A stretch of 64,000 nucleotides of DNA, taken from the NCBI GenBank assembly GCA_051362555.1, contig CM120640.1, positions 60,490,788 through 60,554,787 on the forward strand, in the 5' to 3' direction. The notes beneath the pieces were generated by a model. That model worked only from the letters and a program-made list of their open reading frames with translations. It was not told where the DNA came from and ran no database searches. Both the position numbers and the translations under genes were made by a program. How positions within the stretch are numbered: position 1 is the first letter of the stretch; each line of letters starts with the position of its first letter. This DNA is from Lingula anatina (lineage: Eukaryota; Animalia; Brachiopoda). Shown piece after piece: positions 13,101 to 24,900 of this stretch.

Positions 13101-16100
13101 GAGCAATTTTGTCAACAGTTAAATTTTTGATGATACAATTCTCTGATACAAATAGTGCTAAAACAAATAAAACATTGGCTTACTTCAAATCCACAGTCAA
13201 TTATGTAGTTTATTTCAAAGTCATCATCATCCTCTCCAAGTGGGTTCAGCATACATTCTGCCACCTGCAGGGAGAGAGGACAGTACAGCAAATCTTTCAA
13301 CTCCAACCACATCAAAGCAAAACAACCAAACCATGCATTCAATGATTTGGCAAATTTGTTTCACAGTTCTGATGGCAAAATGGTAGAAAGCACTGGTGGA
13401 AACAAAATAAACTGTGGATGCTTTAAGTTGACAATGGTTAACAATCTTAATTTTGAGTGTAATAAGATGACATTCTATATATGAATCAGTTTCTCCTACC
13501 TTTAGCCACCCCACATAGAAGACAAACTGCATTACTGTGAAGATGGGGACTTTCATGTCAATCCAGTTTTGGGGAGTTTCCACATCCAGGAACTGTGCCC
13601 CCATCAAACAAGCCAGAAAATATGTATACACAGATAAAGTGGTCACCTAGAATTACACAAAAACCATTCAGTACACAAGCACAGCTAGGGAAACCAGTGA
13701 GTATGTATTCACAGCTAGATTGGTCTCTTAAAGTAAAAGACAGACAAGAGCCTAGGTTTTAAAAAAAAACTGAGCAATTATCATGGAACCCAACACCTAA
13801 CTGGCCAGGGTCCGGGGTCACCTTAAAACAGAATAAAAAAAAAAGCGGAATTCTGCATTTCCACTGAAAAAACTCTGAAAAGAGCACAATATTTCACAAA
13901 AATCTTCAGTTGATTGGATAAATCATATACAAACCAGAGACAAACACATTTATAACCAAAGATCACACTAAAACAAATTAATATTCATCCTAAAAAATCT
14001 ACTTAAAAATTTTAAAAGAATTTTTAAAATTAATAATGCATGATGCCATATTATCAGCTTTATCTTGAATCATATATTAAATCAATATATTGACTACAAA
14101 TGAGATGACAAAGGGTATGAGCCCAACCTACAGTACCTGAGTATAAATCAAGGGAATAGGGATCCAGTCATAGTTGAAGAGAGCCATAAGGTAGCCCCTG
14201 TATTTATCAATCTCCTAAAAAAAGAATATGACACACAATATACATATGCAGTTTAATATGAGTATGACACCAAAACATTTCAAAGTTGTATTAGGGGCCA
14301 TATAAATGGCGAAGATAAGTAAGTCAGATACGTACAAGTAGGTTAAATTTAGGACCAAAAATTTAAAGAAGGTGCAGTATATGGCTGATCTAGTGATTAA
14401 TTCCAGCTATCACTTGGCATGTTGACCTTATTTGACTTGAATAAGAACTAGTAGAAGTGATTTACATCCATTACTGGGATCCATGATCCACCAAAGCTCA
14501 GTTCAAATGTACCTTACTCTACATGGTTACTCACATTCTGCAAAGCACCAGAACAATGTTTTAAAATAGGTAATCTTTAAATTTTTCAGAACAAGCTCTT
14601 AGAACAAACTCTCTTACAACAATCATTGTCTGTGCAGATATGTCATCCTTAATCCTTCCCTCTTTCCTGGCTCGTGTCACCAGTGCTGTTGACCATACCA
14701 GTGGCACCCAGTACTTGGCCTGAGGGGCCGGGATGTTCTCATACACATGCATCTCATTATCTGTCATCAGGCCTAGAAATAAAAATGGGACGAATGGGCT
14801 TCTATTTTTTTGGCAAAGGCAAGTTAGGTTCTCATGTACATCATCACTCAAGTCTTAAACTTACATAAAAGCCAAAATCTTAAACTTTTTATTCATCCAT
14901 GATACTAATAATGAGAAAATTGAATCTTATATTATATCTTACTTGAAACAGTGATCAAGACTTCATCACAAGGCCTTCCTCAGATGAACTGAGTTTTCAT
15001 TGGGTTTTTACGAAGTGGCAGTCAGCCCAGGATGTCTCTCAGGATTCAATTTTCTCACAATCTTACATAAAAGCCAATCAACCATTCAATTTTTATCTTA
15101 AAACATCTTTCTATTTACTTACTGTATTCTTGGTTATCAATTATATTGAAAACACATCTGATTGTGGCAAGTCACCTAAACTGAACAGATCCCACTCAAC
15201 TGGTGCCACATCAATGGAATATTTATTTTTCTTTCCATTGTACATTGCTCAGAAATTTAATAAAAGTCTAACACCCCATTTCCATAGATTTTTAGATCGA
15301 TCTATCCGTGTGGGGAGTCTCACTAGATTACTGTCAGCTTGGTCGGCTTAAGCGTCTGTCCCGCCTACTAAAAGCTGTAAGGGGGTAATTAACTATGGTG
15401 CCCGCTCGGCTGACTGCAATTTAGCGTGAACCCCCAGGGAGTTAGGTCGATCTAAAACTTAATCTTTAGATTGATCTAAATCTCTGGGAAAGCACCCTAA
15501 GCAAGGAGGGGGGCCAAAATTTTCACAATAAGATAATTTTCAGGTAAATTTTAAAAAAGACACCGCAAACACACATTAATGATGAAGAATACATATATCA
15601 AACCAAAAGCTAAACAGCTGCATCAGGTAAGCTCTATACATAATAATATAGGTGTATTACTATATTTCATTATTGATCACATTGTCACATTGGAGAAATT
15701 ATTCTTAAACACTTAACATATATGTGTTCTGTGAATGTCAACATAAACAACTCCCATTAAAATTGATACAAAACTTGATACAATTTTATGTTCTGTGATA
15801 TTCATAATTGATGCTTTGGTGGATGCAACTTTCTTGAAGAGTATGCCTGCAATGAAACTTGAAGGCATTTGATATTAGTAGCACATTTTTAATGGAGGTA
15901 TTAACATTACTGGTGAAGATCTAACAAAGAAAAAAAATCTTCAGTGTTTAGTAATACAAAAAGGATATAGTAAAGCACATGAATATCCATATACGTATAC
16001 TTCAAAGATAATTACCTGCATCTACTACATGCTGTAAGGTAGGGAAGCGTTTCCTGACTGGAGGACATGTATCTCTAGTTAACAACACAGTGGACAGAGT

Positions 16101-17480
16101 AAGATATCTCTGGATGGTGCGTCTCATGAGTCGACCCATCTCATCATCTCCGTGAACTAAGGTTGTGGTAAAAAAAGACATGCGATTCGGCCATGGTAGG
16201 GTGCGTAAAACCTGCAGCCACCTTTGGATTACCAGGACCACATAGAAACCAAGGATAAATGCAACTGGGATACGGCCAGTATTTTGGTTGCAGTAACTGG
16301 CGATGGATTCAAAAGTTCTGGTGAAAAATAAGAACAGATATATTATTATTAATTCAGGTACATCAACCTTTCAAAGCATATTTTATTTCTGAAACTAAAT
16401 AATTTTGATTGAGTGTTTTTTCTACATATACATGCATACAAACAGATTTTAACAAGCAATACTTTTTTAATAATTATAAAAAATTTCAAGACCCATAACA
16501 TTGGCAACCCTGCAGACACTTACCGTTTCTGTGCTGGATTGAGTCCAAATCTGTATGTGAAGTTGAAAATAAAATACAGCACTAAGAAGATAATTAGGTC
16601 CACCAATACCAACTTGATGACACTACCTTTCCACCTACAAGTATAAGTACAAACAAAAGTATGGATGTATTTAGATCTTCAGTGGCCATGCGAATTCGAA
16701 CGAAATTGTACAGATTCATAGACTCTGTATGTCTCTATGCTAAAACTTCTGACAAATTTTAAAAATCGTAAGCCTGTAGGCTATAGCATGATCACAGATG
16801 GCATCGCACAGTTTCTGTGTGGGCATTGTAGGGTGAACTTGCAGTGATCGTGAAAATGGTTGAACCTAGCTATCGGCTTTATTTACTTGTGTGAAGTTTT
16901 GTTATTCTGACCACATGGGTGTTATCACAGGGGGCTGTACTGACAACATATCAATCTTCAAGCAAACTGCACTGAAGGTGAACAGCAACTACACTGAGAC
17001 TGAAAGGGCTCCTTATGATCATTTCTCAAACAACAACCGAATTTTCCCTACATGACCTCAAAGCCACGTCGGAGAAAATGGCACGACTCCTGCAAGTAAT
17101 GTAAACATATTTGCTGTAACCCAAAGCTACAGTGACGTTGCCAAAAAAGTGTATGGAAAATTGTATACAATTTCAAAAAAATGTATTTTTGGTTTAAACC
17201 AAGGCTAGGAGAACGATTACGAGGCAGACAGAAGCCTCCTACTATTGGCACTTCTGTTAAAACACTAATAAGCACTTCAAGCAAAATGAAATCTTTTCTT
17301 TCCAGATTTAAGTGCTTCCCTACTGTATATTTATTTCGTTAACCAAGCATAAGTACTGTAGTTGACTTCACAGTGCGGTCCCGCCCGTGGGGTTCGCATT
17401 ATTACTAACCTAATGAGCAACTTGAAGAATGAAGCGACGTTGCTGACGGAAGCCACCCTAGAAGAGTAAGTTACCGTCAT
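7194..17480 (-). CDS. BEST: Bestrophin family Ca2+-activated anion channel, 10 coding exons, 649 aa
   Basis: Exons 17480-17410, 16634-16524, 16317-16016, 14772-14618, 14214-14137, 13646-13500, 13264-13184, 12918-12770, 12587-12278, 7739-7194. All introns are GT-AG, phases are consistent, total 1950 nt. Family motifs: MTVTYS, RWKGS, IPVAFILGFYV (neck), KRFP, YDWIPIPLIYTQV, NPLGEDDDDFE (Ca2+ clasp), LPYT. The last two exons encode a low-complexity tail and are less certain. Confidence 0.93.
7908..8163. mobile_element. Fully palindromic MITE (PIF/Harbinger-like), copy 1, in the last bestrophin intron
   Basis: About 120-bp arms, GGCTTCGTTCACATG...CATGTGAATGAAG, fold back almost perfectly. A second copy lies at 57976-58193. 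Confidence 0.85.
9164..10005. mobile_element. Old fold-back DNA-transposon remnant with ~300-bp diverged arms and C-rich/G-rich ends
   Basis: 9190-9455 (AAAGAGTATAAAGTTCAAA...GGGGTAAACAGATGA) is the diverged reverse complement of 9690-9930 (TCATCTGTTTACCCC...TTTGAACTTTACACTCTTT). Poly-G run at ~9978-10005. Confidence 0.65.
11924..12062. repeat. Short inverted repeat, probable MITE relic
   Basis: TCATATAATTTTTTGACACAAGGTGGA ... TCCAGCTTGTGTCAAACAATTATATGA. Confidence 0.55.
15272..15497 (+). mobile_element. 226-bp MITE with TAA target-site duplication, copy A (bestrophin intron 3)
   Basis: Flanked by TAA at 15269-15271 and 15498-15500. Subterminal inverted TAGATCGATCTA motifs. Near-identical inverted copy at 18780-19005. 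Confidence 0.88.
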
Positions 17481-17902
17481 ACTGCCGAATTAACACGTGT
17501 GAAACACCTCAATCAAACCAATTCATCAAAAGTATGCATCCAAATCTGTATGCAAAACTGCATTTGGACAGCACCTATCATCTTCTGTGTGAAAAGTGTT
17601 AACTACTGTCAACCGATCATACCACCAAGACAAACCACGCCACTACTGCGAACAGGACGAAGAGCGATGCACCAAACAAATTTGCCAATCATTTTAACGT
17701 TAGTGCTCCTTCAATAAACAATGAAATTTAATTTACTTTTCTACAGTTTACCTTCCAGTTTAAATTTCTCCTTGTCCGAGCGAAATTCAAAGCCACAAAT
17801 CGCAGGTGCGTGAATGCGCTGTACGCTTTTTCTTGCACGATTTTTCTCTCTGGCGCACTTCAGTTTATTACAGTCATAAAGTGCGAACCTGTCATTAGAA
17901 AC

Positions 17903-17905
17903 AAA

Positions 17906-17953
<48 letters not shown>

Positions 17954-18020
17954 CACAATACCTACTTATCATTGACGATCTCCTCGAAGAGAACATTGAT
18001 CCCTTATCTACGCACGTGTC

Positions 18021-18060
<40 letters not shown>
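17903..18060. repeat. (TAAA)n microsatellite and a 39-nt poly-A run upstream of bestrophin
   Basis: Directly visible at 17903-17952 and 18022-18060. Confidence 0.95.
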
Positions 18061-18062
<2 letters not shown>

Positions 18063-18109
18063 AATGATAGGCCCACTTGCAAGTAAAAGGATACCTTCAC
18101 GGTCTTTAA

Positions 18110-18776
18110 GGGTATTGTTAACTTTTATTATTATCCATATACCGAAAATGAGGTTTTTCCTGCATCTAATTATTCAATAATGCGTCTATCTTTGTGCTGA
18201 TTTAAAACAATAAAAATCCCTTCAAAAAATATATCGACGTTTATATTTCTCGTTGCAATGTATAGGCAACTCGAAGCTTTTATTGTCATTTTAATACCTT
18301 TCTATTTTGAGGTGAGAAAGCAATCTGTATGAAGAGTAATTTCATCCCTGTGCAAGATTTTATCCCAAAAATTGGCATAGTTGACTATAAGACATTGGGC
18401 TACAATCCCATGCCCTCATTTTGGTTTAAATGTTTTTGTTATGGAGTTATGAGCCCCCAATTACAGATTTTCATCAAACAAAGACATTATTTTGTTTAAT
18501 CAACGATAAAATCTGAACTAATTAAGGATTTTAAGAAAAATCGCTTGGTGCTAAATGGTGTCATTAAATTGGCGTTAAAACAGTGTTCGTTGGTGCTCAG
18601 GTAGGCCTAAAGGAGAAATTTGAGAAACCTATTTTTCAAATTTTACCCCAAAACTGCAATCATGACGTCACCCGTAAGATGACGAGTGCAAATGTTACTG
18701 AAAATTAATATGTTATCCAAAAGCATGCATATAAGGCGGTGAATAAGGAGTTTTTGGCAAAGGATAACAGTATCAC
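18110..18776. mobile_element. Probable Kolobok-like non-autonomous element
   Basis: TTAA|GGGTATTGTTA ... TAACAGTATCAC|TAA form imperfect terminal inverted repeats at TTAA/TAA sites. Confidence 0.4.
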
Positions 18777-18779
18777 TAA

Positions 18780-19005
18780 GGGTGCTTTCCCAGAGATTTA
18801 GATCGATCTAAAGATTAAGTTTTAGATCGACCTAACTCCCTGGGGGTTCACGCTAAATTGCAGTCAGCCGAGCGGGCACCATAGTTAATTACCCCCTTAC
18901 AGCTTTTAGTAGGCGGGACAGACGCTTAAGCCGGCCAAGCTGACAGTAATCTAGTGAGACTCCCCACAGGGATAGATCGATCTAAAAATCTATGGAAATG
19001 GGGTG
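18780..19005 (-). mobile_element. 226-bp MITE with TAA target-site duplication, copy B (inverted relative to copy A)
   Basis: Reverse complement of 15272-15497 with about three substitutions by eye. TAA at 18777-18779 and 19006-19008. Confidence 0.88.
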
Positions 19006-20004
19006 TAAGAGTCCATTCAGAATAGAAGATCCGAGGGTCTTATAATCCACGGATCAAATATGGCGAACCCAAAATGAAAGAAGAGCCGACTAATCCGCTG
19101 ATGGTTTCCCCGCCTCCACACGCGCCGTCCTTGCAGGGGACTTGCAATATTAAACCGCGGAGCCGTGATTTACTCCCTTTAATTGCGCATTTCGGGATTT
19201 AAATACATGAAATACACCTGCTTTTCATAAAACAACAATGTGTAAGGAAATCCTGTCATCTGAGCGTGTAATCACAGATGTTATGACTCAATCCTGTTTC
19301 GTTTCATCCAGACTCGCAAGACAACGAAACCATAGCTAGCGTGTAGTTTCGTTTTCCCATTCAGATTCGGCCCAGGGACGTAAAAAGTGGAGATTTCCAC
19401 TGATGACATAATGACTCGGTCACATGAATATGAAATGAGACTAATCAAACTAGCTATACCCGGTGCCCACTTTTCGACGTGTAACTCATGTTATCGCTGT
19501 TTTACCGCCGATTCAGGATCGCAGCGTGCTTTCCCAACCCTGTGAGGTTAAGTATACTCTTTCCTGATAATTTTTATATGTGTTTGAATCACATTTCCCA
19601 ACTTTATGGATATGAAGTAAAATACGATGTATATTATAAAGGGAAAACGTGCACACAAGAGACGATGTCATGTCATCGCTGTCTAGGTGATATCCCTGAA
19701 AAAATGAATACCCGAGCTCTTACAAACAGACCATATTTTGATACTATCTGATTGTTTAAAGGGCTCGAAATTTGTTGTAAAATTTCGAGGAAAGTAGTGG
19801 ATGTATCCGATATTAAAAATGAAAGAATTGAAGGAATCCTAAATGAGTGTCTTAAGGTTTTAGATCTTCCATTTACAATCACGAAAGACTCAATACGGCT
19901 GTCATGACTGGTTTCAATTAACCATAATATTCTTCACAATAAATTCACCGCTTTTCAAATACCGGAAAGCAGATACTATTTTGTTTGCCTTGTAACTGAG
20001 CTGT

Positions 20005-20040
20005 AAAACAAACAAACAAACAAACAAACAAACAAACAAA

Positions 20041-20091
<51 letters not shown>
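20005..20091. repeat. (AAAC)n(TAAA)n microsatellite
   Basis: Directly visible. Confidence 0.95.
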
Positions 20092-20906
20092 AAATACAGC
20101 ACACGCATGTAGCTGTGACGTTGCCCAAAAGCACTAGTTGCATTGGCAGAACAATACTGTTTTACCTTATACTCAAGTGAGTGGTTGCATAGTTAGTTCC
20201 TGGAGTCTCTCCCAATTCTTCTATTGCAACAAAATTTTACATTTACTTGAAGAAGTGTTCACAGGAGAAACCAACTTTGAAGGATATGATTTCCGATATT
20301 TGATAGAAAACAGGCATACGAAGTCACGTTGTCAGTACATTCCATAAGTCTATATAATAACCTAAATAGTAAGCGAACATATAATAAATCAAATGTGTTC
20401 GTAGGCCTACATGTGAGAGAGTGTGGTCGAGTGCTTAGTAATGCCCCGTATTTATGATGCATTATATTGAAAAAATGTTTTTTAAAAAGTACAACTTGTG
20501 AGTTGTCAAATAAAATACCGTACATATATCCTGTATGCCTCGAAGTACTATGGTTTGCATATTAATCTTTCTAAAACTCACTGAAAACTGAAGTCATGTG
20601 GATTGAGTCGAAAAGATATAACCTTCTGTAAAGATATTTATGTTCAACAAATCAAAACATGTTATATACATGTAGGATAGAATTTAATGTACATTTACAG
20701 GTTACAAGATAACGCAACAAATTATGGCGTATAAATTAACCTTCACGTAAAACAATACAACACCCGCAATACGGCCATCCTTCTTTGTTAAATGAAATGT
20801 GGGAGAATGGAGTTATTTTCAAAAAATTGCAATTTGAGGTTCGGTGCGTTTCCTTTCCACCCAATAAATTTCCACATTTAATTAATTAATTACTAAAATA
20901 TACGTT

Positions 20907-20909
<3 letters not shown>

Positions 20910-20938
<29 letters not shown>
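20910..20938. repeat. (AG)n microsatellite
   Basis: Directly visible. Confidence 0.95.
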
Positions 20939-20940
<2 letters not shown>

Positions 20941-21973
20941 GTCTATTCTGACGCAGTGTTACCGAGGTAGTGTTTGGCAACACATACGAAACGTGCGTAA
21001 GTAGAAGCCGATACCGTTGTAAAAAATATCAAGGTTAAACTCAACAAACCCCTCCCCTAACTACGGTTAAAATATTACGCAGGCCAATTATTTAGTCAAG
21101 TGAAATATATGGCGGTTAAAAGCAAAGACACTAAACTTTTAACTGTAAGGCACGATGTTTCGACTTTTCATCGAAGGATTTTGATCACTTGACTGATTCG
21201 TCGAGGATATGCAAGTTCCACGAAATTAATTTTCTTTTAAGTACACACAGAGTGCGCATAAACAGCTTGATATCGAACAGATGCGCGCATATTGTCGTAT
21301 TAATTATGTTAAAATCAATAGGTTGTCTAGGAACAAACTGTCATAAAAAATAAAATAAAAAAGAGGAGCCCAGATTAATTCACTAAACGTCCGATTTCTC
21401 ACTTAACCGCATTGTTAATACTATAATTTACAAGTATGGAAAAAAATGGGCAACAGAATTTATTATGGGCTTGGTTTCACCATATTCAGATTAATGGTCC
21501 CCCGTTCTTCGCGTTACATGTATGTACCGGTACATGTATAAAGTCGAAGTCATCCACAGCTCAATGTCATATCAAGTACACAGTAATGCGTCATATGATC
21601 TCAGCTGTCATTTTACCTGCGTGTCACTATCACAACCAATCGAAATGACCTCGATTGATAATTTTCATCGATTTCTCAGCAGCAGTCTTGAATAGTGTAT
21701 TCATTCCCATACCACGCCACTGAGCAGGCGGTAGTCAGAGACGAGCGAGGAAATCTTCATAACCCAGAATTGACATCCATGCCGCTCTCGTCATTTATTT
21801 CTAGGGGTTTCCGGGAAAGCATATACATAGATATATATATGCAGACCAAATAAACATGGCGGCGTGCTATAGATGATAGGTACCTTGGGCGGGTTGTGGG
21901 CATACATATCACCTATTGCCTCTTAAGGAAAGGATATTTTGGTCGACCGCTGAAAAATTGGTTTGCGATCGCA

Positions 21974-24900
21974 ATGGCCTCTGGAGGCGAGAACGGGGAG
22001 CTGGATTCAGGTGCGTATATATACGATTTCCTTGTGTGGTTGACTTTGGACAGCGTTACACTAGTCTAGCATCAATATATAAGGCGGCCAGTATGTGAAC
22101 AGAACCCGGTTGATTAGCCGGTATCGACCATACCATTGTAATTAAGAACTATAGGCGAATTATCACATAATGCGATGTAGCGGATACATTCAGCATTTCT
22201 TTAGTAAATACAAGTACGATTTCCCGTGCAATATTATGATAGAGTCCCATGTAAATGAGTACGAGAAGGGAAGGCTCTTAGCTGGCTTTGTCATAAGTTC
22301 ATGAGAGTTGACAAGGCGGCGATTTACGATATCTATTTCTTTCCTCGGTAGAGAAAAGCTAAGACACTATGAAATCTGGCGAACTATAACCGGTTTACGT
22401 AACACCACCAGTAGGTAAAATTGGATGCAAACGCTCTAACCTTGCCAGTATTTGTATGCGTTCTAAAAAGAAAGACGTTTTTTTTGTTGAAACAGCTGGC
22501 ATGTCTGTGCATCTGAGTGTGAATTCCACGGCACACAGCCGGCAGATACACTCTCAGTAATGGGCATGCGACAACCTGCATGCGGAACATCGATTTCGTT
22601 TTTCCGAGCGTTGATGAATGAATAGAATGAGAACATAATTGGGCTACAAATAAATCCCATCATATTACTTTGTAGATATTAATCAAATATAAAAAGAGCA
22701 TGTGCAGTCAATGGGAGAAACGTAAAAAGACACAAGCCCGTTCCGGAATGAAAGAGAATTAGAAAATTAATGCTTTTTCTACAAAATTCTGATCGAAGGC
22801 ACGATTCCTTAGACGCATCAGAAACAAAACTAAGAAAGCAGGTGAGCGTCTGTGAAGAGGGTTCTTGTTAAGATTCCTCGGAATCCTCCAGGTAACTGCA
22901 TCGCCCCCCTTTAACTACAATGTATATGAGGAATCAGCTGTTAGTACGGCGCGTAGCGCAGTGACGAGCCTGGGCATCGATGATTTGATAGATGAATTAT
23001 CACTGCAATTAACTCAAACGACGATCTTTTTTGGGTCAAAACGGTTGCAGAGTTTTAAAACACAACGGGTGTTCCTTTCAACTTATACACAAAAGTGGAC
23101 AGAGTGAAAAAGAAAAAGGCAAACGAGGGCTGCCGACAGAAAAAAAGATATATCCACGTCAGAAAGTAGTATTTTGGAAAACGAAAGGGCTGGCTACCAC
23201 TTCAGTTATAATATATTTACCTAACTGTCTTCCTGCTGGGATATACGAGTTCTATCTAAAGGTATAGATCAGGTAAGACCGTTGGTGAAGTGCAAGGTAC
23301 GCCATGAGCAGAAATTACGTGGAAGAGGTAGGCCTAACTGTCTTTTAAACCATTTAAACAAGGATCATTCCAACAATAACCAAATTGTCCTTATTTTCAC
23401 CAAACTCATAATTCTTTTACTTTCTCCTTTCAGGATATGAAACGCCTGTAATCAACACGTGAGTACAAAACCACAAAGTTTTTGGCTTTTTTTTTGGGGG
23501 GGGGGGGGGGGGTGAACATTAGTCCGTTTTCTGATTGGCAAATGATTAGTTTGACTCAACGTAGATTGGTTAATTTAAACATTTTGAGCCACACAAGTTA
23601 AACTGCAATCTTCCCTTGTTGATCTCAGTGCGTAGAACCTCCAATTCGCACATCAGTCTTGGGCTTTGCCAACCCTGCACGTGCAGCCGCACGAGCTTTA
23701 TAAATGCGATAATTTTATGTGGCAGTCGCTAGTGTTGAACGGTTTTTGATCTAGATCAAGATGCATATGATACCGCCGTCACGAAACTATTAGTTCAAAA
23801 TTAAAGACAAAAAACAGATCAGTTAAGCCTAGATTACATTTGAAATGCATACCCGTACGGTGCACGTATAGGCCTACTGCCCGTAATACCCTTTTCGTAC
23901 GTCGTCTGAGCGGGGGTAGACGGTGGCCGTGCGAAAACACACGTAATCGTACGGATTTTAGGCCATGTAATGTAGACATACTCGGCGTAGCCCGTAGCTC
24001 CTTACGATTAAAAAAAAAATCGTAAGGAAAATTTCATCGCACGGCGCCCGTGTAAATGTAATGTAAAAACGTACACAAGTAACTGGTGCGCTTATTTCAA
24101 AATCTTATAAAAATTCACGGATAAAGTAAGGAAATGTTTTGACATAAATTCGATTACCAAAGAAATCTTAAACAAACAGCACTTCAAACAAAATGTGTTT
24201 ATTTGTTTCCTTGTTTTTATATGCCGCTTCATCGTTAGTATTTCATTTAAGTATATATCTTTGCAGTTGATTAACCAAGTCTGAACACCTTAGTCTCCGC
24301 TTGCTTTACCGTGAACAAATTCAAACAAGAACTGTTATTGACGGTCATTGCCAACAGATCGTCAGCTTCTTATTTAATGCCTGCAATTTGTTTTTTTGAA
24401 CGGCAGTTTATTTCTATATCTGCATCACATCAAAACAATTATCCCGAAATTTTCTCTCTCGATTGTTATCTTAGCGTTTGATAATAGCGCTTCGAGCCAA
24501 CATAAACGCCATCTGAGAGCTGGTTCTACAATTGTTCATCTCCCATAACCGCCCAACGTGGGTATGAGAGACAATAATTGCTGTGATATTTTGAGAAGCG
24601 TCTTGTCACGCCGTAAATGACGACAATGTTGCCATGAGAACCAAAGTTAGTTTGGGTTGACCTTCAAAATATATTGATGCTTCTCGAAGAAATCATAGCA
24701 ATGCATGGCATTCAAGGAAATCTACAGTTACGAAGTTAGACAACCCTGGCACATTAACAAAGTTTAAATGGTTGGCTCCAGTTTCTTGATTGCCTCCCAA
24801 AATCTATAGTGATCCTCTACGGTAACAAAATGAACGGCAAAAAATGACTTTAGCATATGAGTATCAGACATGTTCAGTCTTGCCTGAAAACCAGGGTGCC

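Noticed and set aside
21853-21879. AACATGGCGGCG as a start codon
   Set aside because: The frame closes after six codons; it may be a YY1-like promoter motif but that cannot be supported further.
23304-23451. MSRNYVEE as the main start of the plus-strand gene
   Set aside because: Splicing to the microexon in phase 0 hits TAA after five more codons; at most a uORF.
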